Source of the DNA: an uncultured Verrucomicrobiae bacterium
Lineage (GTDB): Bacteria > Verrucomicrobiota > Verrucomicrobiia > Limisphaerales > Palsa-1400
Reading direction: 5' to 3'
DNA length: 64,000 bases
NCBI GenBank assembly: GCA_963702845.1
Contig: OY969763.1
Span: 5,696,001 to 5,760,000 of the forward strand
Shown: one piece after another, positions 11,387-21,454 of the stretch
Position numbering within the stretch: position 1 is the first letter of the stretch
Layout: each line of letters opens with the position of its first letter
Notes under the pieces: generated by a model
What the model was told of the DNA's origin: nothing
The model's input: only the letters and a program-made list of their open reading frames with translations
Databases searched by the model: none
Position numbers and translations under genes: made by a program

Positions 11387-12865
11387 ATGATTAGAATTGC
11401 TGGTGGAACGTGTAGCGATCTTTGTGATCCGCGAATGAAAATGACGCGGCGCGACCTCTTGCGCATTGGAGGCACCGGCATTCTGGGTCTCTCGCTCGGG
11501 TCGCTCTTGAAGCTCCAAGCGCTCGGCGCGCAAGGAACCGCAGCCGGCGGTCCCGGTTGGGGCGCGGCCAAGAATGTCGTGATGATTTATCTCCAAGGTG
11601 GCCCGAGCCATCTTGATTTGTGGGACCCAAAAGAGAACGTGCCCGATAACATTCGCAGCGCATTCAAACCGATTCCCACAAAAATTCCGGGCGTCAATTT
11701 CACCGAAATTCTGCCGGAACTCGCGAAGGTGAACGACAAGTTCACGATGATTCGTTCGATGAGCTACACGCCGAATGGATTGTTCAATCACACGGCGGCG
11801 ATTTATCAAATCATGACCGGTTACACGACCGACAAGGTCAGTCCGTCCGGCCAACTCGAGCCGCCGGATCCAAAAGATTTCCCGAACTTCGGTTCGCAAA
11901 TCGTCGCGCTTGCGTCCACTGACTGACCCGATGCTGCCGTTTGTCATGCTGCCGCGTCCGCTGCAGGAATCGGGCGTTGTCGGCAAAGGCGGCGGCGCAG
12001 GTTTCCTCGGCAAAGCCTTCGACCCATACACGCTCTATCCCGAAGGCGACGACATGGACATGAAGAAGATGGACAAGATTCGTGTCGACGATTTGAAGCT
12101 GCCGCCTGAAGTGTTTGCGCTTCGTCTGAAACGCCGCGCGCAGTTACGCGAGGCCATCGAGGCAAGCGATGCCCGACATCGACAAGGCCGTCGAAAACTA
12201 CAATCTCGACGATTACTACAAACGCGCCTTGGAACTGATCGTTTCCGGCCGCGCCCGCAATGCGTTCGACCTGACGCAGGAAACCGACAAGATGCGCGAC
12301 AGTTATGGACGCAACACCTTTGGCCAAAGCTGTCTGCTGGCGCGCCGCCTGATCGAAGCGGGCACGCGCGTTGTCGAAGTCATTTGGCCGAAAGTCGCCA
12401 ACTCCGACAATCATTCCTGGGATCATCACGTCGATTTCACCAAGCGCATGCGCGACTCAGTCCGGCGCCGATGCTTGATAAAGGTCTGGCCGCGTTTTTT
12501 GCCGACATGGATTCGACGCGGGCTTGCTCAAGGAAACGTTGGTCGTGGCCATCGGCGAATTTGGCCGCAGTCCGCAAAAAGGCATCAGCACTTCCGGAAA
12601 TCGCAAACTCGCGCCGATGGTCGCGATCACTGGCCCTATTGCTACACCTCGATCATTGCCGGTGCGGGAATCAAACGCGGTTATGTCCACGGCAAATCCG
12701 ACAAAACCGGCAGCAGCCCGACCGAAGACCCGGTGCATCCGACGGAGATTGCTCGCGACGATGTATCACGCCTTCGGCATCGAACCGGATACGATCGTCT
12801 ACAACCATCTCAAGCAACCGCGCGAATTGGTGAAGGCGAAAGCGGTCACGAAACTCTTCGCCTGA
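11387..12865 (+). CDS. DUF1501 protein, frameshifted
   Basis: [49 protein letters not shown] across several frames. Confidence 0.88.
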
Positions 12866-12895
12866 TAAATGGCGCAGGTGCGTTTCGGGAACTCC

Positions 12896-12961
12896 AAACA
12901 ACACATCCGCGAGCACGGCGACGACATGCCGGAGATCCGCGATTGGAAGTGGAGCGCGTAG
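12896..12961 (+). pseudogene. Remnant resembling the C-terminus of phosphoketolase (Xfp)
   Basis: Translates KQHIREHGDDMPEIRDWKWSA*, with no upstream gene body. Confidence 0.65.
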
Positions 12962-12976
12962 GGAAAGGGCGAAGCA

Positions 12977-13036
12977 GTCTAACGCTGCCGATGAGCGACG
13001 CGCATCGGCGCGTCCGCTCCATCAGGCTTATTAGTC
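12977..13036 (-). mobile_element. Integron attC-like site (60 bp)
   Basis: Minus strand GACTAAT AAGCC TGATGGAGCGGACGCG CCGATG CGCGTCGCTCATCG GCAGC GTTAGAC; hairpin with two unpaired Gs; overlaps the upstream gene's stop codon. Confidence 0.75.
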
Positions 13037-13456
13037 CTCCTGTCGAAACTTGTAGGGTGCGTTGGCATCGTGTGTCCTTCTCTGCGCGGGAGTCATACGC
13101 TCACGGATGACCCTCGTGGTATAGCCACCGACCAAATAGCCGTCTTCCACATACATCCAATCTGAAATATATGACGGCTCAAACTCAACCCTCTGCATGA
13201 ACTTCAACCTTGGCAAATTAGGCTCGTTGGAAATAACCCCGCTGGGTTTCTTGCCTGCAAAATCCAAATCGGCCAGCCAAATGTGCTCTCGTTGCTCCCC
13301 TTCATCAAACACTACCTTCACAAGGAAGCTCTTCTGTCCCTCGGTTGGATGGCAAAACGCCTCGATGAACTTCCTGAAACTTTTCTTTGCCTCGCGGATG
13401 GCAGCTTCCATCCGCTCATCCTCCGGCGAAAAGGGGACTGTTTTGTTGTCTGACAT
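13031..13456 (-). CDS. DUF2314/YegJ family protein (probable gene cassette)
   Basis: MEAAIREAK, EHIWL, GVISNEP, ISDWMY..GYLVGGYT; GTTAGCC 8 bp before the ATG. Confidence 0.88.
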   Translation of the reverse strand: MSDNKTVPFSPEDERMEAAIREAKKSFRKFIEAFCHPTEGQKSFLVKVVFDEGEQREHIWLADLDFAGKKPSGVISNEPNLPRLKFMQRVEFEPSYISDWMYVEDGYLVGGYTTRVIRERMTPAQRRTHDANAPYKFRQED

Positions 13457-13706
13457 ACGCCTGTGGCTAACTATGATTATGCGACGGGGTGTCGCGGTCA
13501 TTTTGAGAGACGAACGGTTGGTTCATATTGGTTGAGCAGACTATTGTTCTGCTGCCGCTGCGAATCAAGCGCAACAAACACTTGACCTCACCTTGGGCCT
13601 TTGGCACAAACGCCGCCGGAAAATGTGGCGGGTTCAAAAAAGCACGGGTGGGCATTCCGGAATCGGTATCCGGAGCTTGGGCGCGACGTCTACTTCCTTC
13701 GTTCGT

Positions 13707-13790
13707 TTGTACAATCCCTCCGTTCAATTGCACAGCGGCTCCGTACTGTTGTACGGCGGCTCTGTACGGTTGTTCGGCGGCTCTGTACAA
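13707..13790. repeat. Four 21-bp degenerate tandem repeats
   Basis: TTGTACAATCCCTCCGTTCAA / TTGCACAGCGGCTCCGTACTG / TTGTACGGCGGCTCTGTACGG / TTGTTCGGCGGCTCTGTACAA. Confidence 0.85.
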
Positions 13791-14006
13791 ATCCTCCCAA
13801 CCTCCAAAAACTAGTCCTAAACAATGGTATAAACACTTAGAAACAAGAAACATATGCAAAGAGATGGATTCATTCCCCGTGGCGACGATGCCTTCCTGGC
13901 CTGGCACGCGCGGATGTTCTGACCGGATGCCCGCGCGTATCCCCAAACAGTTATGCCCAAAGACATCGACCAGGGGTTGGCGCTCCCCATTCACAAAGCT
14001 ATCTTT

Positions 14007-16301
14007 TCACAACTGCGGATGGATTGCCCATTGCTTGTTCGGTTCCGCGCCCATCGTGAAGATAATTGATCCGCCGTTTTTCAGTTCGTTGAAGGGCAGG
14101 AATGGTGAATCCCAGTTTTTGCCATTTAGACGGACGGATTGAATGTAGATGTTCTTGTCGGAAATGTTTTCGGCGGTCATCACCCAATCTTTTCCGTTGG
14201 AAAGATGCATCGTGGCTTTGGGCAGTTGCGGTGCGCCGATGACGTAGTAATCGCTTGCGGGACAGACGGGATAAAAGCCCATGCAAGTGAAGAGATACCA
14301 GGCGGACATCTGGCCGCAGTCGTCGTTGCCGCACAATGAATTTGGGGTGTTTCCGTATTGCGTGGTGAACACCTGATGCAACAGCTTCGCGGCTTTCCAT
14401 GGCTGGCCGAGATACGAGTACAAATAAATGATGTGATGGCTCGGTTCGTTGCCGTGCCAGTAATCACCGATGCAACCGCGTTGATCGTTCGGTGGCAAAA
14501 CTTTTGTGGCGCGATTGGTGGCGAACAGGTTGTCGAGCTTTTCGATGACCACATTTGTGCCGCCCATGAGTTTGACGAGACCGGGCACGTCGTGCGGCGC
14601 GTACCATGAATATTGAGAGCTGGTGCCTTCGGTTACGTCGGCGGGATAACGTCTGACGCCGCCAAAAGCGTACGGGTCGAAGTCTGCGGCCCATTTGCCA
14701 GCGGCGTCTTTGGAGTGCATCCAGCCCGTCGTCGCATTGAAGATGTTAGTGAACGAGCCGGCGCGTTTCATGTAGTAGGCGTAATCGCTTTCTTTGCCGA
14801 GAGCTTTGGCCATTTGCGCGATGCACCAGTCGTCGTAGGCGTATTCGAGTGTTTTGGAGACGGATTCGTTTTCCTGATCGGACGGAACCCACCCGAGCTG
14901 GCGGTAGGCGGCCAGGCCGTCGTAGTCGGGGTTCATGGCGGTGTTGGTGATCGCTTCGTAGGCGTGTTGCGGATCGAAGCCGGTGACGCCTTTGAGGTAA
15001 CCGTCGACGATAACGGGAACGGCGTGATAGCCGATCATGCACCAGGTTTCGTTGCCTTGCAGTTCCCACATCGGCAGGAGGTGATCGGCGCTTTGGTCGT
15101 AATGCGCCAGCAAGGAATTGATCATGTCGGAGTCGCGTTTGGATTGAATGAGCGCGAGCAACGGGTGCTCAGCGCGGAACGTGTCCCAGAGGGAGAAGAT
15201 GGTGTATTTCGTGAATTTATCCGCGCGATGGAAATTCTGGTCGAAACCGCGGTATTCGCCGTTAACGTCCTGATGCAGATTGGGGACGAGGAACGAATGA
15301 TAGAGCGAGGTGTAGAAGGTTTCCTTTTGCTGCTGGTTGCCATCGATTTCAATGCGCGCAAGTTCCTTGTCCCAGCGCGCGCGAGCGGTTTCATGGACTT
15401 TGTCGAAATCCCAATCTGGAATTTCGGAGTCGAGATTGTGCAGCGCATTGGCAGTGCTGACTGTCGAAACGGCGACTTTGACCTGGATGACTTCACCTTC
15501 GTGCGTGGCAAACTGACCGAGGAATTGCGCGCCAATGCCGCTTGAGGAAGCTTCTTTGCGGCTGTGGAAACGATAATACTGGTAGCTGTTGTAGAGGATC
15601 GCTTTGCCATTCACTAAAATATAGGCGTCATCGAATGGGCGTGAGAAACGGGCGGCGAAATATAAATAGCGTTCGGGCGCCCAGTTGTTGACGAGGTGAA
15701 AGCCGGTGACGGTTTGTTTGTCTTCGAGGCGCACGCGCGATTCGATGACGCGACCGCGACCGCCGTCGATGAAGTGATTGAGGTCGATGAGAATGCTGGC
15801 GGCGTTTGTGGCCGGAAAGGTGAAGCGCATCATTCCAGCGCGTTCGCCGGCGGTGAGTTCGGCGATGATTCCGGGGCGCAACAATTTAACTTTGTAGTAA
15901 CCGGCGGAGGCGACTTCGTCGGCGTGCGAGAAGGCCGATTGATAGCCGGCTTCGGGATGGTCTTTGGTGCCGGGAGTTCCGTAGGGTCCGCCTACCTGTG
16001 GTGCGAATAGAAAATCGCCCAGATCAGGACAACCGGTTCCGCTGAGGTGCGTGAGTGAAAAGCCGTGGATGGTCGGGTCGGTGTATTCGTAGCCGGAAGC
16101 GGTCGACCAGTTGGTGGTGTCGGTGTCGGGACTGATCTGGACCATGCCGAAGGGAGCGGACGGGCCGGGATAGGTGTTGCCTTCGCCTTCGGTTCCGACG
16201 AATGGGCGGATGTAGTCGGAGAGACGGGTGTCGGCGGTCGCGGCGGTGGCCAAGGCGAACAATGCGAGAGCGGTGGCGAACGCGATGGATTTCAATTTCA
16301 T
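14007..16301 (-). CDS. GH92 alpha-mannosidase
   Basis: Signal peptide MKLKSIAF; GNTYPG..APFGMVQISPDT; SLWDTFRA; SKTLEYAYDD; HGNEPSHH; GNDDCGQMSAWY. Confidence 0.95.
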   Translation of the reverse strand: MKLKSIAFATALALFALATAATADTRLSDYIRPFVGTEGEGNTYPGPSAPFGMVQISPDTDTTNWSTASGYEYTDPTIHGFSLTHLSGTGCPDLGDFLFAPQVGGPYGTPGTKDHPEAGYQSAFSHADEVASAGYYKVKLLRPGIIAELTAGERAGMMRFTFPATNAASILIDLNHFIDGGRGRVIESRVRLEDKQTVTGFHLVNNWAPERYLYFAARFSRPFDDAYILVNGKAILYNSYQYYRFHSRKEASSSGIGAQFLGQFATHEGEVIQVKVAVSTVSTANALHNLDSEIPDWDFDKVHETARARWDKELARIEIDGNQQQKETFYTSLYHSFLVPNLHQDVNGEYRGFDQNFHRADKFTKYTIFSLWDTFRAEHPLLALIQSKRDSDMINSLLAHYDQSADHLLPMWELQGNETWCMIGYHAVPVIVDGYLKGVTGFDPQHAYEAITNTAMNPDYDGLAAYRQLGWVPSDQENESVSKTLEYAYDDWCIAQMAKALGKESDYAYYMKRAGSFTNIFNATTGWMHSKDAAGKWAADFDPYAFGGVRRYPADVTEGTSSQYSWYAPHDVPGLVKLMGGTNVVIEKLDNLFATNRATKVLPPNDQRGCIGDYWHGNEPSHHIIYLYSYLGQPWKAAKLLHQVFTTQYGNTPNSLCGNDDCGQMSAWYLFTCMGFYPVCPASDYYVIGAPQLPKATMHLSNGKDWVMTAENISDKNIYIQSVRLNGKNWDSPFLPFNELKNGGSIIFTMGAEPNKQWAIHPQL

Positions 16302-16323
16302 CGAGCGCCCAGCATAGCTACGG

Positions 16324-16388
16324 AAACTCCAAGCGCCAAACATCAAACTCCAAGGAAACTTCAAGCTCCAGGCTCCAAGCACCAAATC
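16324..16388 (+). repeat. Heptamer array (AARCWCC)
   Basis: AAACTCC AAGCGCC AAACATC AAACTCC AAGG AAACTTC AAGCTCC AGGCTCC AAGCACC AAATC. Confidence 0.85.
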
Positions 16389-16494
16389 GGAACAGTTGAA
16401 AAAACGTGCAAAAACAGGGGGTAAAATGACGTGTCGAAACTCACGAAACGCAAGCGGGCGTGGGGAATTCCGATTTTGAGTGTGTTTGATAGAT

Positions 16495-16556
16495 ATTTTT
16501 TTGTAGGCGTTAGTAGGTGACAGTAGGTGATAGTAGGCGGCAGCCGGTGGCAGAGG
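16495..16556 (-). repeat. 10-bp period array (core CCTAC on minus strand) ending in an A-tract
   Basis: Plus strand: T-tract then TTGTAGGCGT TAGTAGGTGA CAGTAGGTGA TAGTAGGCGG CAGCCGGTGG CAGAGG. Confidence 0.85.
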
Positions 16557-16717
16557 GGCTCGGGTGATCACGCTTGAAAGAGATGAGTCTAACAAACGGC
16601 GCAACGAGCGCGAAGAGCGGGATGAATGCGCTGTCGCCGCGCCAAGGCACACCGCTGGTGTGATTTGGCTCCCTTGCTCCCGGTTGGCGATGTTGTTTGT
16701 CGTTTTCATCGCCTGGT

Positions 16718-16745
16718 ATTGTAGTATGAAGTAGCTATTTGTCAA
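16718..16745 (-). promoter_or_regulatory. Candidate sigma70 promoter
   Basis: Minus strand TTGACA-N16-TACAAT, followed by an ATG at 16709. Confidence 0.5.
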
Positions 16746-16773
16746 TTAATGTAGTTACAAGGGGGGGCTAGTC

Positions 16774-16806
16774 AACGCAAAGACGCAAAGGGGCAAAGGC
16801 GCTAAG
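16774..16806 (+). repeat. 8-mer repeat (GACGCAAA type)
   Basis: AACGCAAA GACGCAAA GGGGCAAA GGCGCTAA G. Confidence 0.7.
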
Positions 16807-16954
16807 AAAGGGAGATGTTTAACGAGCGAAATTGCACGAAGGAATCTACCGGGCGACTGGGAGGCAGCCGACGTATCTGCTGGAATCGGTTCTGGTGACA
16901 ACGTATTATTGATGAAACCAATCCTGTTTTGAATTGGTCTGATTCTTTGTCCGG

Positions 16955-19900
16955 ATGATCCGCGCTATGACCAAACGTTATGCAGTCGCTCTCGCCTTGG
17001 TGGTGTTATCGCCTTCAGCGGTCTGGGCGGCGGCGAGTGACAAAGATGCGGTGGATTTTGGGAAGCAGGTGCTGCCGGTTATTTCTTCGAAGTGCTTTCA
17101 TTGCCATGGTCAGGACGAGCATTCGCGTAAAGCGAAGTTGCGATTGGATGTGCGGGAGGAGGCGATTAAGGAGCGCAAAGATGGGGTGTTCGCCGTCAAA
17201 CCGGGAGATGTCTCCAAAAGTGAATTGGTGAAGAGGATTACGAGCTCGGACCCGGATGAGGTGATGCCGCCACCTAAAGAAGCGCATGCAGTCAGTGCAG
17301 CCGAAACGGCGCTGCTGAAGAAATGGATTCAACAAGGTGCGCCGTATCAAAAGCATTGGGCGTTCGTTGCGCCGGTGCGGCCGACTCTGCCCGCGGTGAA
17401 AAATAAGAAGTGGGCGCGCAATGATATTGATCGATTTGTTTTGGCACGGCTCGAGAAGGACGGATTGAAGCCGTCGCAGGCGGCGGAGAAGTCGATTTTG
17501 TTGCGGCGTGCTTCATTGGATTTAACGGGGTTGCCACCGTCGGCGGCTGAGTTGGAGGCGTTCTTGAAGGACAGGGCGCCGAATGCTTATGAACGCGTGG
17601 TAGATCGGTTGCTGGCTTCGCCGCGCTATGGCGAGCGGTGGGCGCGGATGTGGTTGGATATTGCGCGGTATGCGGATTCGGCGGGCTACGGTTCGGATCC
17701 GTTGCGATTGAATATCTGGCCGTATCGCGATTGGGTGATTAAGGCGTTCAATCGGAACATGCCGTTTGACGAGTTCACGATGGAACAGCTTGCCGGGGAT
17801 TTGATGGAGAATCCGACGGAGGAAGAGCGGACGGCGACGGCATTTCATCGCAACACGATGACGAACACGGAAGGCGGCACGGAGGATGAGGAGTGGCGCG
17901 TCGCGGCAGTGAAGGACCGAACGGATGTGACTGTGCAGGCGTGGATGGGGCTGACGATGGGTTGCGCGCAATGTCACTCGCACAAGTTCGATCCGATTTC
18001 GCAGAAAGAATATTACCAGTTCTTCGCAATCTTCAATCAGACCGAGGACAGCGATAAACCGGACGAGCGTCCGACGATGCCGCTCTATAAACCGGAGGAG
18101 CGAAAAAAAATTCAGGAATTGGACGCACAGATCGCGGCGAAGGAGCGAACGCTGGAGGCTTCGACTCCTGCAGTTCTCGCGGATTTGGCGAAGTGGGAGA
18201 AGGAGCGGCCGGATTCAAATGCATGGACGGTTTTGGAGCCGGTGAAATTTGAGTCTGACACTCACGGCGGGTTCAAAAAACTTTCTGATAATTCTTTGCT
18301 CGCGACGAATACGCCACCGGTCAAAGACAATTATACGGTGACGTATCACGCGGCGGTTTCGAATGTGTCGGCGTTGCGCCTGGAGGTTTTGGCGGATGAC
18401 AGTCTTCCAGCACGCGGGCCGGGGCGGAATGCGACCGGGAACTTTTTGTTGAATCACATTGAGGTCACGGTGAACGGCAAGGCGGCCAAAATTGCACGAG
18501 CGACGGCGACATTTACGGAAACGAACTACAGCGTGGCTGCTACCATTGAAGAGATGTCCAAGCCGAGGAAAGGCTGGTCGGTGGATGGCACGACGAATAA
18601 ACATCAAAGTGCGGTTTTCGAATTTGCAGAGCGATTGCCGGTAGGCGAAGTGAAGGTCAAATTGGTGCAGCAATACGGGAAGAAACAAACAATCGGACGC
18701 TTCAGAATTTCGGGAACGACGGTGGCGACGCCGGTGATTGTTGTGCCGGAAAAGCTCGAAGCGGTTTTGGCTATCAGCGCTGATAAACGCAGCGCCGATC
18801 AGAAGGAGGAGTTGGCAAAGTGGTTTCGGCCGTTCGTGAAATCCATCAAAGAACAGGTCAATGCGATCGCGGCGCTCAAAACGCAACGCGATGCGATCAA
18901 GCCGGTGGAGTTGCCGGTGATGCGCGAATTGCCGGCGAAGGAGCGGCGGGTCAGTCATATTTTGTTCAAAGGCAGTTATCTCGCTCCAGGTGACGAAGTA
19001 TCGCCCGGAGTGCTGGGGTCATTCAATCCGTGGCCGGCTGGAGCGCCGACGAATCGGCTCGGCGTGGCGAAATGGTTGATGAGCCCGGAGAATCCGCTGA
19101 CGGCGCGGGTGGTCGCGAATCGATTTTGGGCACAGATTTTTGGGCGCGGGATTGTTGAAACGGAAGAGGATTTCGGGACGCAAGGGACGAAGCCGACGCA
19201 CCCGGAATTGTTGGATTGGCTGGCGATCGATTTGCGTGACAACGGTTGGAACATCAAACAATTTCTAAAAACGCTCGTGATGAGCGCGACCTATCAACAG
19301 AGTTCGCGCGTGACGCCCGAACTGCTCGCGAAGGACCCGCGCAATTATTTGCTCGCGCGCGCGCCACGTCGACGATTGGACGCGGAATTCGTGCGCGACC
19401 AGGCTCTGGCGTTGAGTGGATTGTTGAGTCCGAAAATTGGTGGTCCGAGTGTTTATCCGCCGCAGCCGGATAATCTTTGGCGCGCGGCGTTCAATGGACA
19501 ACGCTCGTATCCGACCAGCACGGGCGAGGATCGATATCGTCGCGGCGTTTACACAATTTGGCGACGCACGGCGCCGCATCCGAGTATGGCGACGTTTGAT
19601 GCGCCGAGCCGTGAGACGTGCACGTTCCGCCGGTTGCCGACGAATACGCCGCTGCAGGCGTATGTCACTTTGAATGATCCGATTTATGTGGAGGCGGCGC
19701 AGTCGCTGGGGCGGCGATTGGCGAAGGTTGCGGCGGCGACGTTGCCAAAACGAATTGAGTATGGACTCAAGCTCGTGCTTTGCCGCCAACCCAGCAAGAG
19801 AGAAGTAGCATCATTGTGCGAGTTGTATGAATCGGAGGTCGCTCACTACAGCAAGAGCAAGGATGAAGCGGTGAAGCTTTCGACCAATCCGCTCGGACCG

Positions 19901-19993
19901 TTGCCGGAAGGTCTGACCCCAGCCGAAGCTGCGGCGTGGACAACCGTCGCCAATATCCTTTTGAATCTCGACGGCCTTTTGATGAAGGGATGA
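16955..19993 (+). CDS. Planctomycete cytochrome c + DUF1549 + DUF1553 protein
   Basis: CFHCH, YGERWARMWLDIARYADS, CAQCHSHKFDP, PTHPELLDWLA, TNTPLQA. Confidence 0.93.
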   Translation: MIRAMTKRYAVALALVVLSPSAVWAAASDKDAVDFGKQVLPVISSKCFHCHGQDEHSRKAKLRLDVREEAIKERKDGVFAVKPGDVSKSELVKRITSSDPDEVMPPPKEAHAVSAAETALLKKWIQQGAPYQKHWAFVAPVRPTLPAVKNKKWARNDIDRFVLARLEKDGLKPSQAAEKSILLRRASLDLTGLPPSAAELEAFLKDRAPNAYERVVDRLLASPRYGERWARMWLDIARYADSAGYGSDPLRLNIWPYRDWVIKAFNRNMPFDEFTMEQLAGDLMENPTEEERTATAFHRNTMTNTEGGTEDEEWRVAAVKDRTDVTVQAWMGLTMGCAQCHSHKFDPISQKEYYQFFAIFNQTEDSDKPDERPTMPLYKPEERKKIQELDAQIAAKERTLEASTPAVLADLAKWEKERPDSNAWTVLEPVKFESDTHGGFKKLSDNSLLATNTPPVKDNYTVTYHAAVSNVSALRLEVLADDSLPARGPGRNATGNFLLNHIEVTVNGKAAKIARATATFTETNYSVAATIEEMSKPRKGWSVDGTTNKHQSAVFEFAERLPVGEVKVKLVQQYGKKQTIGRFRISGTTVATPVIVVPEKLEAVLAISADKRSADQKEELAKWFRPFVKSIKEQVNAIAALKTQRDAIKPVELPVMRELPAKERRVSHILFKGSYLAPGDEVSPGVLGSFNPWPAGAPTNRLGVAKWLMSPENPLTARVVANRFWAQIFGRGIVETEEDFGTQGTKPTHPELLDWLAIDLRDNGWNIKQFLKTLVMSATYQQSSRVTPELLAKDPRNYLLARAPRRRLDAEFVRDQALALSGLLSPKIGGPSVYPPQPDNLWRAAFNGQRSYPTSTGEDRYRRGVYTIWRRTAPHPSMATFDAPSRETCTFRRLPTNTPLQAYVTLNDPIYVEAAQSLGRRLAKVAAATLPKRIEYGLKLVLCRQPSKREVASLCELYESEVAHYSKSKDEAVKLSTNPLGPLPEGLTPAEAAAWTTVANILLNLDGLLMKG

Positions 19994-19999
19994 CCTGAT

Positions 20000-21448
20000 A
20001 TGACGAACTCCGATTTTGCCCACGGACGCGCGTTGACCCGCCGACAGTTTTTGCAGCGGGCCGGTTTCAGCCTCGGCAGCGTTGCGCTGGGTGGTTTGTT
20101 GGCGCGCGATGCGTTTGGCGCTGCGACGAGGCCTCTGGCGATAAAGCAGTCGATGATTCCGACGCGTGCAAAAAATATTATTTACCTGCACATGTCCGGC
20201 GCGCCGCCGTCGCTCGACATGTTTGATTACAAACCGAAGTTGAACGAGTTGAACATGCAGCCGTGCCCGGAATCACTAATTGCCGGGCAGAAGTTTGCGT
20301 TCATCAAAGGCGTGCCAAAGCTGTTGGGTAGTCCGCACAAATTCAAGCAGCACGGCAAAAGCGGCGCGTGGTTCAGCAACTTGATTCCGAATATCGCCGG
20401 GCTCGCTGACGACATTTGCATCGTGAAATCGATGTGGACGGATCAGTTCAATCATTCGCCGGCGGAGTTGTTTTTGTTTACTGGCGCACAGCGCGCAGGT
20501 AACGCGTCGATGGGTTCGTGGGTGACGTATGGGCTCGGCAGCGAGAACCAGGATTTGCCGGGGTTTGTTGTTTTGTTGAGCGGCGGCACCGACCCGACGG
20601 GCGGAAAAAGTCTTTGGGGCAGCGGATTTTTGCCGAGTGTTTATCAAGGCGTGCAATGTCGCACATCAGGTGCGCCGATTTTGTATTCGGAAAACCCGGC
20701 GGGGATGGATCGGGAGAGTCGGCGGCGCAGTCTGGATAAGTTGCGCGAACTGAATGAAGTCGAGGCGAAGCTTTATGGCGATCCCGAAACGCTCACGCGC
20801 ATCGAGCAATATGAGTTGGCGTATCGGATGCAAATTACGGTGCCGAATGTTTTCGATATTTCGAAAGAGCCCGAATCGATTCGCACGATGTACGGCGCGA
20901 AACCGGGCGAGGGTTCGTTTGCGAATAACTGTCTACTTGCGCGGCGGCTTGTGGAAAAGGGCGTGCGGTTTGTGCAATTGTTCGATTGGGGCTGGGACAT
21001 GCACGGCACCGCAGCTTCGAACGATTTGATTACCGGGCTGCCGATGAAATGCAAGGAAGTGGACCAGGCGAGCGCGGCGTTGATTGCTGATTTGAAACAG
21101 CGCGGGATGTTGGAGGACACGTTGGTGGTGTGGGGCGGTGAATTTGGACGCACGCCGATGAATGAAGCGCGCAATGGCTCGACGTTCCTGGGACGCGATC
21201 ATCATCCGAATTGTTTCACACTGTGGATGGCTGGCGGCGGTGTTAAGCCCGGTGTGGTACACGGCGCAACGGATGAATTTGGCTACAATATCGTGCAGGA
21301 CAAAGTGACGGTGCGCGATTTTCAGGCGACGGTTCTGCACTTGATGGGATTGGACCCGTATCGATTCAGCTATCAGTATCTCGGCCTCAATCAGCGGCTC
21401 ATCGGACCGACGGAAGAAGGGAAGATTGTGCAGCGGATCGTTGCGTAG
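20000..21448 (+). CDS. DUF1501 protein
   Basis: [50 protein letters not shown]. Confidence 0.93.
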   Translation: MTNSDFAHGRALTRRQFLQRAGFSLGSVALGGLLARDAFGAATRPLAIKQSMIPTRAKNIIYLHMSGAPPSLDMFDYKPKLNELNMQPCPESLIAGQKFAFIKGVPKLLGSPHKFKQHGKSGAWFSNLIPNIAGLADDICIVKSMWTDQFNHSPAELFLFTGAQRAGNASMGSWVTYGLGSENQDLPGFVVLLSGGTDPTGGKSLWGSGFLPSVYQGVQCRTSGAPILYSENPAGMDRESRRRSLDKLRELNEVEAKLYGDPETLTRIEQYELAYRMQITVPNVFDISKEPESIRTMYGAKPGEGSFANNCLLARRLVEKGVRFVQLFDWGWDMHGTAASNDLITGLPMKCKEVDQASAALIADLKQRGMLEDTLVVWGGEFGRTPMNEARNGSTFLGRDHHPNCFTLWMAGGGVKPGVVHGATDEFGYNIVQDKVTVRDFQATVLHLMGLDPYRFSYQYLGLNQRLIGPTEEGKIVQRIVA

Positions 21449-21454
21449 GTAAGA

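Noticed and set aside
13467..14142. ORFs of 175 and 204 aa over the 21-bp repeat region
   Set aside because: No recognisable protein features; repeat-derived and overlapping neighbouring genes.
16302..16745. 147-aa N-terminal extension of GH92 in the ORF track
   Set aside because: It translates repeats and promoter DNA; a clear signal peptide starts at 16301.
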